Positions 20,442 to 29,619 of a stretch of DNA of 64,000 bases are shown piece by piece. The translations under genes were made by a program, and so were the position numbers. The notes under the pieces were generated by a model. The model did not search any database, had not been told where the DNA came from, and was given only the letters and a program-made list of their open reading frames with translations. Within the stretch, counting starts at the first letter, position 1. Each line of letters begins with the position of its first letter. Source of the DNA: Gemmatimonadales bacterium (GTDB lineage Bacteria; Gemmatimonadota; Gemmatimonadetes; Gemmatimonadales; Gemmatimonadaceae); the NCBI GenBank assembly GCA_038203795.1, contig JBBRDP010000001.1, positions 1,024 through 65,023 of the forward strand. Direction: 5' to 3'.

Positions 20442-22015
20442 GCGATACACCTTACGTGACGCTGTTCGACGCGCTTTCCACGACCGTGTTTGCGCAGTCG
20501 GTGGCGATGATCGCCGAGGAAATGGGTACTCGGCTGGAGCGCGCCGCCGTGTCGCCGAATATCCGTGAACGCCGCGACGCGTCGTGCGCCGTCTTCGACG
20601 CTGCGGGGCGCATGGTGGCGCAGGCGGCGCACATCCCGGTGCATCTTGGTGCCATGCCCGAAAGTGTGGCGGCGGTGCGCGCACGCCATCCGCAGCCGGG
20701 TGATGTCTTCCTGCTCAACGATCCGGCGCATGGCGGTTCGCATCTGCCCGACATCACGATGGTGGAAGTGATTGCGCATCCGTTACACGCTGAGCGCATC
20801 ATCGGATATGTGGCGGTGCGTGCGCATCATTCCGATGTGGGCGGCATGAGCCCCGGCAGCATGCCCTTTGGGGCCACGGAGTTGGTGCAGGAAGGGTTGG
20901 TGATTCCGCCGGTTCGCCTGGAACGTGACGGTGTCGTGCAGCCGGATGTGCTCGACTTGGTGCTCGCGAATGTGCGAACGCCCGACGAACGATTGGGTGA
21001 TTTGCGTGCGCAGCGTTCCGCCTGTCGGGCGGGTACAGCGGCGTGGCGTGCACTGTTCGTGCAACGCGGTGCGGCGTGGTGCGAAGCGGCGGTGAACGCG
21101 CTGCTTGACTACACGGAACGCCGCACGCGCGCGCGACTCGTTGAGCTCGAGGGTGTGTCTGGTCGTTGCGCCGACGTGCTCGAGGGCGATGGCGTGACCG
21201 ATGATCTGATCCCCGTGGTTGCCTCCCTCCGTATCGAGGCGGGATCGCTGCATGTTGATCTCAGCGGATCGAGCGGTGCCGTGCGTGGAAATGTCAACGC
21301 GCCGTATGCCGTCGCCCGCGCCGCAGCGTTGTTCGCCTTGCGTGTGTTGCTCGACAGCGGCGACGTGCCGGTCAACGACGGCCTGGCGCGCGCGCTGTGC
21401 CTGCATGTGCCCGATGACTGCGTCGCAAATGCACGCCGTCCAAGCGCCGTGGCCGCCGGCAATGTCGAGCTCTCACAGCGCCTCACTGACGTGTTGCTGC
21501 AGGCGCTCGCAGAGGGAACCGCGAAGTGCGGGTTCGATGTCCCGGGGCTGCCCGCGCAGGGGCAGGGCACCATGAACAACATCACGCTCGGTGGACGCGG
21601 ATGGACGTTCTACGAAACGCTCGGCGGTGGACAGGGCGCGAGTCGTCGGGGCGATGGCCCGTCGGCGGTGCACGTTGGGATGAGCAACACGCGCAACACG
21701 CCTGTGGAGAGTCTGGAGTGGGCGTATCCGCTGCGCGTGCTCGAATATGCCAGGCGGTGGGGCAGTGGCGGGCACGGTTCGCACACTGGAGGCGACGGCG
21801 TGGTCCGTGCCTACGCGCCCCTCGAACCCGTGGTCGTGACATTACTCACTGAGCGACGCCACGTCGCGCCTCGCGGTGTGTACGGCGGCGGCGACGGAGC
21901 CGTGGGTATGAACGAGCTCAATGGTGCGGCGCTGTCGTCCAAAGGACGGTGGACGATGGAGGCGGGAGCGATCATTTCTCTGCGAACGCCGGGTGGCGGA
22001 GGCTGCGATGTCTAG
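20438..22015 (+). CDS. hyuB: hydantoinase B/oxoprolinase family protein
   Basis: SPNIRERRDASCAVFDAAGRMVAQAAHIPVHLGAM, NDPAHGGSHLPDIT, AGNVELSQR, MNNITLGG. Typical HyuB/OplB blocks. Confidence 0.85.
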   Translation: MSDTPYVTLFDALSTTVFAQSVAMIAEEMGTRLERAAVSPNIRERRDASCAVFDAAGRMVAQAAHIPVHLGAMPESVAAVRARHPQPGDVFLLNDPAHGGSHLPDITMVEVIAHPLHAERIIGYVAVRAHHSDVGGMSPGSMPFGATELVQEGLVIPPVRLERDGVVQPDVLDLVLANVRTPDERLGDLRAQRSACRAGTAAWRALFVQRGAAWCEAAVNALLDYTERRTRARLVELEGVSGRCADVLEGDGVTDDLIPVVASLRIEAGSLHVDLSGSSGAVRGNVNAPYAVARAAALFALRVLLDSGDVPVNDGLARALCLHVPDDCVANARRPSAVAAGNVELSQRLTDVLLQALAEGTAKCGFDVPGLPAQGQGTMNNITLGGRGWTFYETLGGGQGASRRGDGPSAVHVGMSNTRNTPVESLEWAYPLRVLEYARRWGSGGHGSHTGGDGVVRAYAPLEPVVVTLLTERRHVAPRGVYGGGDGAVGMNELNGAALSSKGRWTMEAGAIISLRTPGGGGCDV

Positions 22016-22335
22016 ATTTCTTCTTCGTCGGAGTCGCGCCAGCCATCGGCGGGACGCAGGCTGGCCCGCCACGGTTCATCGGCGGATTCGCCGATCTCAT
22101 CCGGGGGAAGGTGGCGCTGATCCCAGTCGTCGGCCGCGCGAGTGACGTCGTCGTCGAGTGTGCGTGGCTCAACGGCAGCGGCGCGCCACCGTGAGAGTGC
22201 ACGCCAGGCAACGATGGTGAAGACGGCCAGACCGATCATCGGCAGCGGGTGGCGGATACCCGGCAGGGTGATCAGCAACGCCACCAGCAACAGCAGAGCG
22301 AACAGGGGAGCGCGAGTGCGAAAGAAACGGATCAT
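22012..22335 (-). CDS. small hypothetical membrane protein with acidic C-terminus
   Basis: ATG 22335 (MIRFFRTRAPLFALLLLVALLITL), two predicted TM helices, tail ..DSDEEEI. Convergent with hyuB, with a 4-nt overlap. No family recognised, so its coding status is uncertain. Confidence 0.35.
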   Translation of the reverse strand: MIRFFRTRAPLFALLLLVALLITLPGIRHPLPMIGLAVFTIVAWRALSRWRAAAVEPRTLDDDVTRAADDWDQRHLPPDEIGESADEPWRASLRPADGWRDSDEEEI

Positions 22336-22392
22336 GATGTGCCAAAAGGTACACGCTCGTTCGGGGGTCATTCAATCGGCTGCGGAATACTC

Positions 22393-23373
22393 GTGCTGAC
22401 GACGGCGTTCTTTCTGGTTGTCGGCCTGGCCATGCTTGTATATGGCGCCGACCTGTTTGTGAAAGGCGCCGCCGGCATCGCGGACATCTTTGGCGTGCCC
22501 CCGCTCGTGATCGGTCTCACTGTCGTCGCGTATGGCACGTCGATGCCGGAGCTGGTGGTGAGCGCGTTGGCCGCGATGGACGGCAGCAGCGCGATCGCGC
22601 TTGGCAACGTGGTGGGTTCGAACATTGCCAACATCGGTCTCATTCTCGCGGTCACGGCGCTGATCGCCCCACCGCACGTGGACGGAGGACTGATTCGGCG
22701 CGAAGTGCCGGTGCTGCTTGCCACCGCGCTCCTCCTTCCGCTCGTGCTCCTCAACGGCGTGCTCTCGCGAATCGAAGCGGCCGCGCTCCTGGGTGGCGCC
22801 ATCTTGTTTACGATTGTCACGGTGCGATATGCGGTGAAGGCGCCGCTCACCGACGAACTCATCAGTGGCACGATCGACGAAGTCGGACGCGGGGCGAGTT
22901 CTGCCGCGCCATGGAAGCTGGCCCTCGTTGGACTGGCCGGGCTCGGTATGCTGCTGCTTGGCGGCCACTGGTTCGTCGATGCCGCCGTCACGATCGCGGC
23001 GGCGGCTGGTGTGAGCGAGCGCGTGATCGGACTGACGGTCGTCGCGATTGGAACATCGTTGCCGGAGCTTGCCGCGTCGGTGGTGGCCGCCGTGCGCGGG
23101 CATTCGGCGATGGCCGTGGGCAACGTGGTCGGCTCGAATATCTTCAACATATTGTTTGTACTCGGCGTGACCGGCCTGTTGTCACCGATTGCGGGTAACA
23201 CGCGTGAGCTGTTACCGGATTTTTCGATCATGGTTGGCTTCACCTTGGTCGCCGCGTTGCTGCTGCGCGGTTCCCGCATCATTTCGCGGGCGGAGGGTGT
23301 GTTGCTGCTCGTGCTCTATCTGGGCGCGCTGCTCTGGCTGAGCAAGAGTCTGCCACTCGTGACGGAACTATGA
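22393..23373 (+). CDS. calcium/sodium:cation antiporter (CaCA family, YrbG-like)
   Basis: Two alpha-repeats, GLTVVAYGTSMPELVVS and GLTVVAIGTSLPELAAS, each followed by GNVVGSNI. I chose the start at in-frame GTG 22393 (VLTTAFFLVVGLAMLVYGADLF), which is an inferred position. Confidence 0.8.
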   Translation: MLTTAFFLVVGLAMLVYGADLFVKGAAGIADIFGVPPLVIGLTVVAYGTSMPELVVSALAAMDGSSAIALGNVVGSNIANIGLILAVTALIAPPHVDGGLIRREVPVLLATALLLPLVLLNGVLSRIEAAALLGGAILFTIVTVRYAVKAPLTDELISGTIDEVGRGASSAAPWKLALVGLAGLGMLLLGGHWFVDAAVTIAAAAGVSERVIGLTVVAIGTSLPELAASVVAAVRGHSAMAVGNVVGSNIFNILFVLGVTGLLSPIAGNTRELLPDFSIMVGFTLVAALLLRGSRIISRAEGVLLLVLYLGALLWLSKSLPLVTEL

Positions 23374-23435
23374 CGCTGTGGTGAGGGTTCAATCTGATCG
23401 TCGTTTGATCTCATCACTCTCCGAGCGCACAGCCC

Positions 23436-23906
23436 ATGCATATCGATATTGGAATTGCCGAGTCCGACCGCAAAACAATCGCCGACGGGCTCTCACATTT
23501 ATTGGCTGACACCTACAGTCTCTATCTCAAGACACACAACTTTCACTGGAATGTTACGGGACCGATGTTCCAGACATTACACGTGATGTTTGAAACGCAG
23601 TATGACGAACTCGCCATCGCGGTTGATCTCATCGCTGAGCGCATTCGCGCGATCGGTCATCCGGCACCCGGCACATACAGCGACTATCAACGGCTGAGTG
23701 CGATCGCCGAGACGGTTGGTGTTCCGAAGGCCACCAACATGATCGCGGAGTTGGTGCAGGGTCAGGAAACCGTGGTGCGCACTGCGCGCTCGCTCTTCCC
23801 GGCGGTTGAAGCGGCACACGACGAGGCCACGGCCGATCTGCTCACGCAGCGCATTCAGCTGCACGAGAAAACAGCGTGGATGTTGCGCAGCCTGCTCGAG
23901 TCCTGA
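23436..23906 (+). CDS. dps: Dps-family DNA protection during starvation protein (ferritin-like)
   Basis: [49 protein letters not shown] ferroxidase-site pattern, 156 aa. Confidence 0.9.
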   Translation: MHIDIGIAESDRKTIADGLSHLLADTYSLYLKTHNFHWNVTGPMFQTLHVMFETQYDELAIAVDLIAERIRAIGHPAPGTYSDYQRLSAIAETVGVPKATNMIAELVQGQETVVRTARSLFPAVEAAHDEATADLLTQRIQLHEKTAWMLRSLLES

Positions 23907-24526
23907 CCACATCAACGGTTCGGTATCCGGTGCCGGCCACCCGGCATCGGGAGGAACTCGTCATTGAGCGCAGTCGGTTTCTGTGCACGATCGCCCGCGC
24001 CTCATCCGTGCAAGAAGCGCAAGCGTTTGTGAAGCGTACACAGTGCGAGTTCGGCGACGCGACGCACAACTGCTGGGCGTATGTGGTGGGTGCGCCGGCG
24101 TCAACATCGCAGATTGGACTGAGCGACGATGGCGAGCCGCATGGAACGGCCGGTCGCCCCATGCTCACCGTGCTGTTGCACTCGGGGCTGGGTGAGATTG
24201 CGGCGGTCGTGACCCGCTGGTACGGTGGCGTGAAGCTCGGCACCGGCGGGCTGGCCCGCGCGTACGGTGGCGCCGTGCAGCAGGCGCTGGCCACGCTCCC
24301 CACCCTCATGCGTGTGGATACGATCGCGCTGCAACTCGTCGTGGACTACGGAGTGGTCACGCCGGTCCGGCAGTTGCTCGCGTCGCTCGACGCCAAGGTC
24401 ATCGCCGAGCAATACACCGACGCCGTGTGCTATGACATCGAGTTGGCGCGCGATCTGGAAGCTTCATTGCGAGCGCAGCTGGCCGATCTTACGCGCGGAC
24501 AAGCCATCGTGCGCACTACACCGTGA
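23876..24526 (+). CDS. yigZ: YigZ/IMPACT-family protein
   Basis: [71 protein letters not shown]. The GTG start at 23876 would overlap dps by 31 nt, so the real start may be further downstream. Confidence 0.8.
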   Translation: MDVAQPARVLTTSTVRYPVPATRHREELVIERSRFLCTIARASSVQEAQAFVKRTQCEFGDATHNCWAYVVGAPASTSQIGLSDDGEPHGTAGRPMLTVLLHSGLGEIAAVVTRWYGGVKLGTGGLARAYGGAVQQALATLPTLMRVDTIALQLVVDYGVVTPVRQLLASLDAKVIAEQYTDAVCYDIELARDLEASLRAQLADLTRGQAIVRTTP

Positions 24527-25433
24527 GGCTCAGCCCTTCCCACGCGGCAATTACGCGCAGCGAGCTGCCCGAGATCGCCACCAGCTGACGGCACTCCTGT
24601 ACGATCGCGTCGACGGCGTCGTCGGTGCGATCCGGATGGTGATGGAAGAGCACGAGCATGCCCGCCACACATTCCATCGCGAAGCGCGTCGCTTCCAGCG
24701 CCGACGAATGGCCCCAGCCGCGATGCGACACGAGCTCGGCATCGGAGTACGTCGCATCGTGCAGCAACACCGGCACGCCGTGCAACGCGAGCGTGAGACC
24801 TCGACGCCATGCAACCACGTCAGGATCGGTGCTGTCGTAGGCGAGTTCATTGTCCGGAGCGAACGCGATGCCCGGTCCCCTGTCATCGTCCACACGGAAG
24901 ATGGACGCCCCGCCCGGATGCTGCGCGGGAAAACGGTGCACCGTGTAGTGCGAACCGATCGTGCACGGGGCACCGTTGTCGAAGCCGATCACCGACACGC
25001 GTTCCGTGAGGGTTGGCAACGGGGGAAACAACGGGGGGGACAACAGGGCGTGCAACAGCGCACGCGTGCTGTCGGTGTCGGCAACACCACTGGTGACGAT
25101 GACTTGCCCCTCATCATGAAACAGCGGCGCGAAGTGCGGCAGCCCCATGACGTGATCGCTGTGATGATGCGTGAGAAAGACATGCGTTGGCACCGTGGCA
25201 CTGTGCTCCACCCCACCACGCAGCAACTGCTGTCCAAGTGCACGCAAGCCGGTACCGGCGTCAAGCACGATCAGTTCATCCGCGCGTGTACGCACCTCGA
25301 CACACGAGGTATTCCCACCGTACCGGACCGTCTTCGCACCGGGACTCGGTACCGTGCCGCGCGCGCCCCAGCAGCGTAGACGAAATCGAGCTCCACGTGT
25401 CCCCGCGACCGCCGACGGCGTGATCGAAGACAT
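24516..25433 (-). CDS. MBL-fold metallo-hydrolase
   Basis: GGNTSCVEV..VLDAGTG..VFLTHHHSDHVMGLP (HxHxDH), later HDATY and GHSS. Start at ATG 25433. 10 nt downstream of the Crp/Fnr gene. Confidence 0.75.
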   Translation of the reverse strand: MSSITPSAVAGTRGARFRLRCWGARGTVPSPGAKTVRYGGNTSCVEVRTRADELIVLDAGTGLRALGQQLLRGGVEHSATVPTHVFLTHHHSDHVMGLPHFAPLFHDEGQVIVTSGVADTDSTRALLHALLSPPLFPPLPTLTERVSVIGFDNGAPCTIGSHYTVHRFPAQHPGGASIFRVDDDRGPGIAFAPDNELAYDSTDPDVVAWRRGLTLALHGVPVLLHDATYSDAELVSHRGWGHSSALEATRFAMECVAGMLVLFHHHPDRTDDAVDAIVQECRQLVAISGSSLRVIAAWEGLSLTV

Positions 25434-25443
25434 GCCGCTCCGA

Positions 25444-26133
25444 TCAGAGCGCCGGACGCGCGCGCGCCTCGAGCGCCCCACGGTCCGCGATGGTCACCTG
25501 CCGGCGCGCCACCGTGATCCACCCCTTGTCCTGAAACTCCGACATCGCGCGGGACACCGTCTCGCGACTGGCCCCGATCATTTGCGCCATGACCTGATGC
25601 GTCATCGGCTTGATCAGTGTGGCCGGCTGTCCCGGCGTCGCATTTTCGATGAGGACGCGTGCGACACGACCCGGTACGTCGAGCAGCACGAGCGAACCAA
25701 TCGTCCCGTCGGCCTGTCGCAGCCGGCGCGACAGCTCCATGAGCAGCGCCCACGCAACCTGTGGCTGCTGTTCCACCTGGCGGCGAAAATCCGCACGCCG
25801 CAAGACGAGCAGACTGGCGGTGCTGGTGGCAATCACATGCGCCGAGCGTGGCCGCCCGTCGATGAGCGAGAGCTCGCCAAAGTGGTCGCCCACCCCGAGC
25901 ACACCCAGAATCACCTCGCGACCGTCTTCCGCCACAAGCACGACCTTTACCTCGCCGGTGCGCACGACGTAGAGTGCGTCGCCAGGGTCACCTTCGCTGA
26001 CAATGACGGTGCCCTTGCCGTACTTGTGTTCGCGGGTGATGTCGGCGAACGAGCGCAGCGCCGCGCGCTCCAGCTCCCGGAACAGTGGCACGGTGCCGAG
26101 GAAATCGGCGATGCGATCGACGGAGACGCTCAT
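25444..26133 (-). CDS. Crp/Fnr-family transcriptional regulator (cNMP-binding domain + HTH)
   Basis: cNMP-binding beta-roll (GDPGDALYVVRTGEVKV...GDHFGELSLIDGRPRSAHV) and C-terminal HTH (THQVMAQMIGASRETVSRAMSEF). Start at ATG 26133. Confidence 0.85.
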   Translation of the reverse strand: MSVSVDRIADFLGTVPLFRELERAALRSFADITREHKYGKGTVIVSEGDPGDALYVVRTGEVKVVLVAEDGREVILGVLGVGDHFGELSLIDGRPRSAHVIATSTASLLVLRRADFRRQVEQQPQVAWALLMELSRRLRQADGTIGSLVLLDVPGRVARVLIENATPGQPATLIKPMTHQVMAQMIGASRETVSRAMSEFQDKGWITVARRQVTIADRGALEARARPAL

Positions 26134-26381
26134 GGAAGGCGCGGAGAACCGAAGTGGAATGTGAGCAGCTGCGGTATTGTACGACACGGGAGGTCTCCTG
26201 ACGATGCCACACGGGCCTCGCCTGAGCAATATGGGCGGAGTATTTCGGGGGTATTTCTACGGCCAGCGCGTTCGGTATCCGTGTGGGCGAGCACCCGCGA
26301 TGGAACACCACTCGCGCGCCCGCTACCTTACCGGTCGGGGACACACGGAAACCGACCTGACAACGTACCCGAACATTCTCC

Positions 26382-27509
26382 TTGGCCGCCGTGACCAGAG
26401 TCACAGCACCCACTCTTGCTCCCGATGTCGTGTCTGCAAATCTGACGGCCCTGCGCGATCGACTGAGTGACGCCCTCGCCCGCGCGACCGAGGTGGAGAG
26501 TCAACTCGCCGATCCCGCCATCACAAGCCAAGCCTCCCGCTTCGCCGAGCTCGGCCGTGAGCATCGCCGACTGTCCACCGTGGTGGAGCATGCCCGCCGT
26601 CTGGATCGGGTCGCGCACGAGCTCGAGGGGTCGCGGGAACTCGCCGACAGCGATGATGCGGATTTTGCAGCGGAAGCGCGCGCCGATGTCACGCGGCTGG
26701 AAGATGAACAGGTCGCGCTCGAGAAAGCGCTTTTGCCGTTGCTCATTCCGCGCGACCCGCTCGACGACCGTCCCGCCATCGTGGAAATCCGAGCCGGCAC
26801 GGGCGGTGATGAAGCGGGACTGTTCGCCGGTGATCTGCATCGCATGTATTCCCGGTACATTGAACGCTGCGGTTGGCGCATCGAGCCGATGAGTTGGTCG
26901 GACGGGACCATGGGCGGCATTAAGGAAGCGGTGTTCAAAGTGATCGGTGACGGCGCCTTCGGCGTGCTGCGCTGGGAGTCGGGCGTGCATCGCGTGCAGC
27001 GCGTTCCCGCCACGGAGAATCAAGGGCGCATTCACACGTCGGCAGCAACCGTAGCGGTGCTGCCGGAAGCCGAAGAGCTTGACATGCGCATCGAAGACAA
27101 GGATCTGCGCATCGATGTCTTTCGCTCATCCGGACCCGGTGGCCAAAGCGTGAACACCACCGACTCCGCCGTGCGCATCACGCACCTGCCTACCGGCATC
27201 GTGGTCAGTCAGCAGGATCAGAAATCGCAGTTGCAGAACAAGCTCAAGGGGATGGAAGTATTGCGTTCGCGCTTGCTGGATCTGCGACTCTCGGTGCAGG
27301 AAGCGGAACGATCGCATCTGCGCAAATCACAGGTCAGCACGGGTGATCGGTCCGCCAAAATTCGCACCTACAACTATCCGCAGGGACGCATCACCGATCA
27401 TCGAATCGGCCTGACGTTGTACGACATTGCGCGCGTGATGGACGGCGATCTTTCGCCCTTCGTGGAAGGGCTCGCCCTCGCCGACGCGGAAGAACGGCTG
27501 CGGGCGTGA
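26382..27509 (+). CDS. prfA: peptide chain release factor 1
   Basis: PAT tripeptide anticodon ([17 protein letters not shown]) and GGQ motif ([24 protein letters not shown]). TTG-initiated ORF. Confidence 0.95.
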   Translation: MAAVTRVTAPTLAPDVVSANLTALRDRLSDALARATEVESQLADPAITSQASRFAELGREHRRLSTVVEHARRLDRVAHELEGSRELADSDDADFAAEARADVTRLEDEQVALEKALLPLLIPRDPLDDRPAIVEIRAGTGGDEAGLFAGDLHRMYSRYIERCGWRIEPMSWSDGTMGGIKEAVFKVIGDGAFGVLRWESGVHRVQRVPATENQGRIHTSAATVAVLPEAEELDMRIEDKDLRIDVFRSSGPGGQSVNTTDSAVRITHLPTGIVVSQQDQKSQLQNKLKGMEVLRSRLLDLRLSVQEAERSHLRKSQVSTGDRSAKIRTYNYPQGRITDHRIGLTLYDIARVMDGDLSPFVEGLALADAEERLRA

Positions 27510-27564
27510 ACGCGAATTCGCACGGTGCGTCGGTGCGTTGGGCCACGAACCGCTGCGTGCACCG

Positions 27565-28449
27565 ATGAACGTGTCGGCGTTGCTGACCGAGGTGGCCCGC
27601 TCGCTCCCACCCACCGAGGGCGAGTCCGCCAACACTATGGCGCGCACACTGATCGCGGCCGTGCTTGATCGATCGTGGAGTGCGCTCCGCCTCGCCGAGC
27701 GCGAGCACTCGACGCTGTCGAGCATCGACGTTGAGCGCGTGCGCGACGCCGCTCGGCGCCTGCGCACCGGGATGCCCCTGGCGTACGCGGCGGGGACGGC
27801 AGCGTTCCGGCACCTCGTGCTGCACGTTGATGATCGTGTTCTGATCCCGCGTCCGGAAACAGAAATCGTGGTTGATCACGCGCTGCGGCTCATGCAGGGA
27901 GTGTCGGGCGGTCTCGCCGTGGACGTTGGTACGGGTAGCGGCGCCATCGCGCTCGCCCTTGCACAGGAGGGTGCCTTCGAGCGCGTGATCGGAACGGATA
28001 TTTCGGCTGACGCGCTCGCGGTCGCGCGCCTCAACGGCGAGCGTGTGGCCTCCGCGCTGCGCACGCCGGTGGAATGGCGGCTGGGCGCCGACCTGACGCC
28101 CGTGCACGGGCTGGCCGTACGCCTGATCGTCTCCAATCCCCCGTATATCGCCTTCAGCGAAGCGTCAGCGCTGCCATCGTCGGTGCGCGATTGGGAACCG
28201 CCAACGGCGCTCTTCGCCGCTGACAACGGCATGGCGCGCTACGCCGAGCTGCTGCGCGGCGCCCCGTCGCTCCTCGAACCAGGCGGGTGGATCGTGCTGG
28301 AGTGCGACTCCATGCGGGCCGGTGAAACAGCCGCGCTGGCCGAGCGCCTCGGTGCTTATGAAAGGGTCCGCGTGTACGATGACCTCACGGGGCGCGCGCG
28401 AGTGCTGGTGGCACAGCGCCGTACGCCGTGGCCGCCCGACGCGACGTGA
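27565..28449 (+). CDS. prmC: release-factor glutamine N5-methyltransferase
   Basis: SAM motif VDVGTGSGAIALALA and the catalytic IVSNPPYI. Immediately downstream of prfA, as in many bacteria. Confidence 0.85.
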   Translation: MNVSALLTEVARSLPPTEGESANTMARTLIAAVLDRSWSALRLAEREHSTLSSIDVERVRDAARRLRTGMPLAYAAGTAAFRHLVLHVDDRVLIPRPETEIVVDHALRLMQGVSGGLAVDVGTGSGAIALALAQEGAFERVIGTDISADALAVARLNGERVASALRTPVEWRLGADLTPVHGLAVRLIVSNPPYIAFSEASALPSSVRDWEPPTALFAADNGMARYAELLRGAPSLLEPGGWIVLECDSMRAGETAALAERLGAYERVRVYDDLTGRARVLVAQRRTPWPPDAT

Positions 28450-28546
28450 GGGCGCAATTGGGCTATCTTTCAGATATGTGTGCCGTTTGCATGCGCCCGC
28501 CTCTGCTCGCGTGCCGTCACTCCACCTGCACTTGGGACCGTACGAC

Positions 28547-28900
28547 ATGCTCGAGGAAAAAGCGCGCGACGTGGGCCGTCTGATCGGCCAGAGCGATGAA
28601 TACAAGGCCGTGAAGCGGTCGAGCGAGGCGCTCTCATCCGATGCCGAGGCGAGCCAGATGCTGCGTCGGATGGAGGAGATTCGTCAGGAAGCCCAGGCCA
28701 TGATCGACCGCAGTCAACAGCCTGGTGAGACCATGGAACAGGAACTCGACGGATTGCTCGAGCTGGTGCAGGTCAACCCGTCGTACCAGCGCGCCGTGGT
28801 GGCGCAGGACAACTTTGACAAGCTGATGCTGCGCGTAAATCAGTGGATCGCAGATGGCATCAAGGTTGGTGCGACATCATCGATCATCACGCTCGGCTAA
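28547..28900 (+). CDS. YlbF/YmcA-family (DUF964-like) regulatory protein
   Basis: ATG 28547. Helical 117-aa protein with LIGQSDEYKAVKRSSEALSSDAEASQMLRRMEEIRQEAQ.. and VNPSYQRAVVAQDNFDKLM, resembling YlbF-type proteins. Confidence 0.6.
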   Translation: MLEEKARDVGRLIGQSDEYKAVKRSSEALSSDAEASQMLRRMEEIRQEAQAMIDRSQQPGETMEQELDGLLELVQVNPSYQRAVVAQDNFDKLMLRVNQWIADGIKVGATSSIITLG

Positions 28901-28906
28901 TACCCG

Positions 28907-29584
28907 ATGTCGGCGGACGGACTGCTGCTTGTCCTTGAGGGTGGGGAGGGCGTTGGCAAGACCACGCAGTGGCAGCGGCTCTCCACGCGCCTCGCAGCGT
29001 CGGGCGCGGAGGTGCTGGCGCTGCGCGAACCCGGTGGTACGCCGTCGGGCGACACGATCCGCACGCTGTTGCTCGACCCGGCCAGTCAGCTGTCTGCGGC
29101 CACCGAGGCGTTGCTCTTCGCAGCGTCGCGGGCCGAACTCGTGGCCCGGGCGGTTCGTCCCGCCCTTGACCGGGGTGTCATCGTGCTGCTCGACCGGTAC
29201 CTGCTTTCCACTTATGTGTATCAAGGCGTAGCACGTGGCCTGCCGATGGACGGACTACGCGCGATCAATCGGTTTGCGACCGAAGGCCTGGTGCCCGATT
29301 GCACGCTGTTGCTCAAGTTGCCGCTGAGCGTGGCGCTGGCGCGCACACACGCGCGCGGGGTGCCGGATCGTCTGGAGCAGGAAGCGCGTTCATTTCACGA
29401 ACGGGTGGCGCACGGCTTCGATGTCGCGGGCGATACGGCGTGGCAGTCGGAGCATCCGGAGTGTGGCCCGATCGTTCCGGTATCAGCCGAAGGCTCGCCG
29501 GACGAGGTGGCGGCACGGTGTTTCGCAGTGTTGTCCGTGAAGTGGCCCTCCCGGTTCGTCGATCTCGCATCGGCGTCCCGCTAG
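28907..29584 (+). CDS. tmk: dTMP (thymidylate) kinase
   Basis: P-loop LLVLEGGEGVGKTTQ, DRY-like LLDRYLLSTYVYQG, lid region. Confidence 0.9.
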   Translation: MSADGLLLVLEGGEGVGKTTQWQRLSTRLAASGAEVLALREPGGTPSGDTIRTLLLDPASQLSAATEALLFAASRAELVARAVRPALDRGVIVLLDRYLLSTYVYQGVARGLPMDGLRAINRFATEGLVPDCTLLLKLPLSVALARTHARGVPDRLEQEARSFHERVAHGFDVAGDTAWQSEHPECGPIVPVSAEGSPDEVAARCFAVLSVKWPSRFVDLASASR

Positions 29585-29619
29585 GCGTACTGTTTTCTCC
29601 CTTGGCCCTCTGACGCCGT

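Noticed and set aside
23876-23906. 31-nt overlap between dps and the yigZ-like gene, considered as a possible programmed overlap.
   Set aside because: It most likely reflects an uncertain start choice for yigZ (GTG at 23876 versus a downstream non-ATG start). No sequence feature suggests recoding.
26382-27509. Checked the release factor gene for the programmed +1 frameshift typical of prfB.
   Set aside because: The protein carries the RF1-specific PAT motif (not SPF) and is one uninterrupted ORF. No frameshift site is expected or seen.
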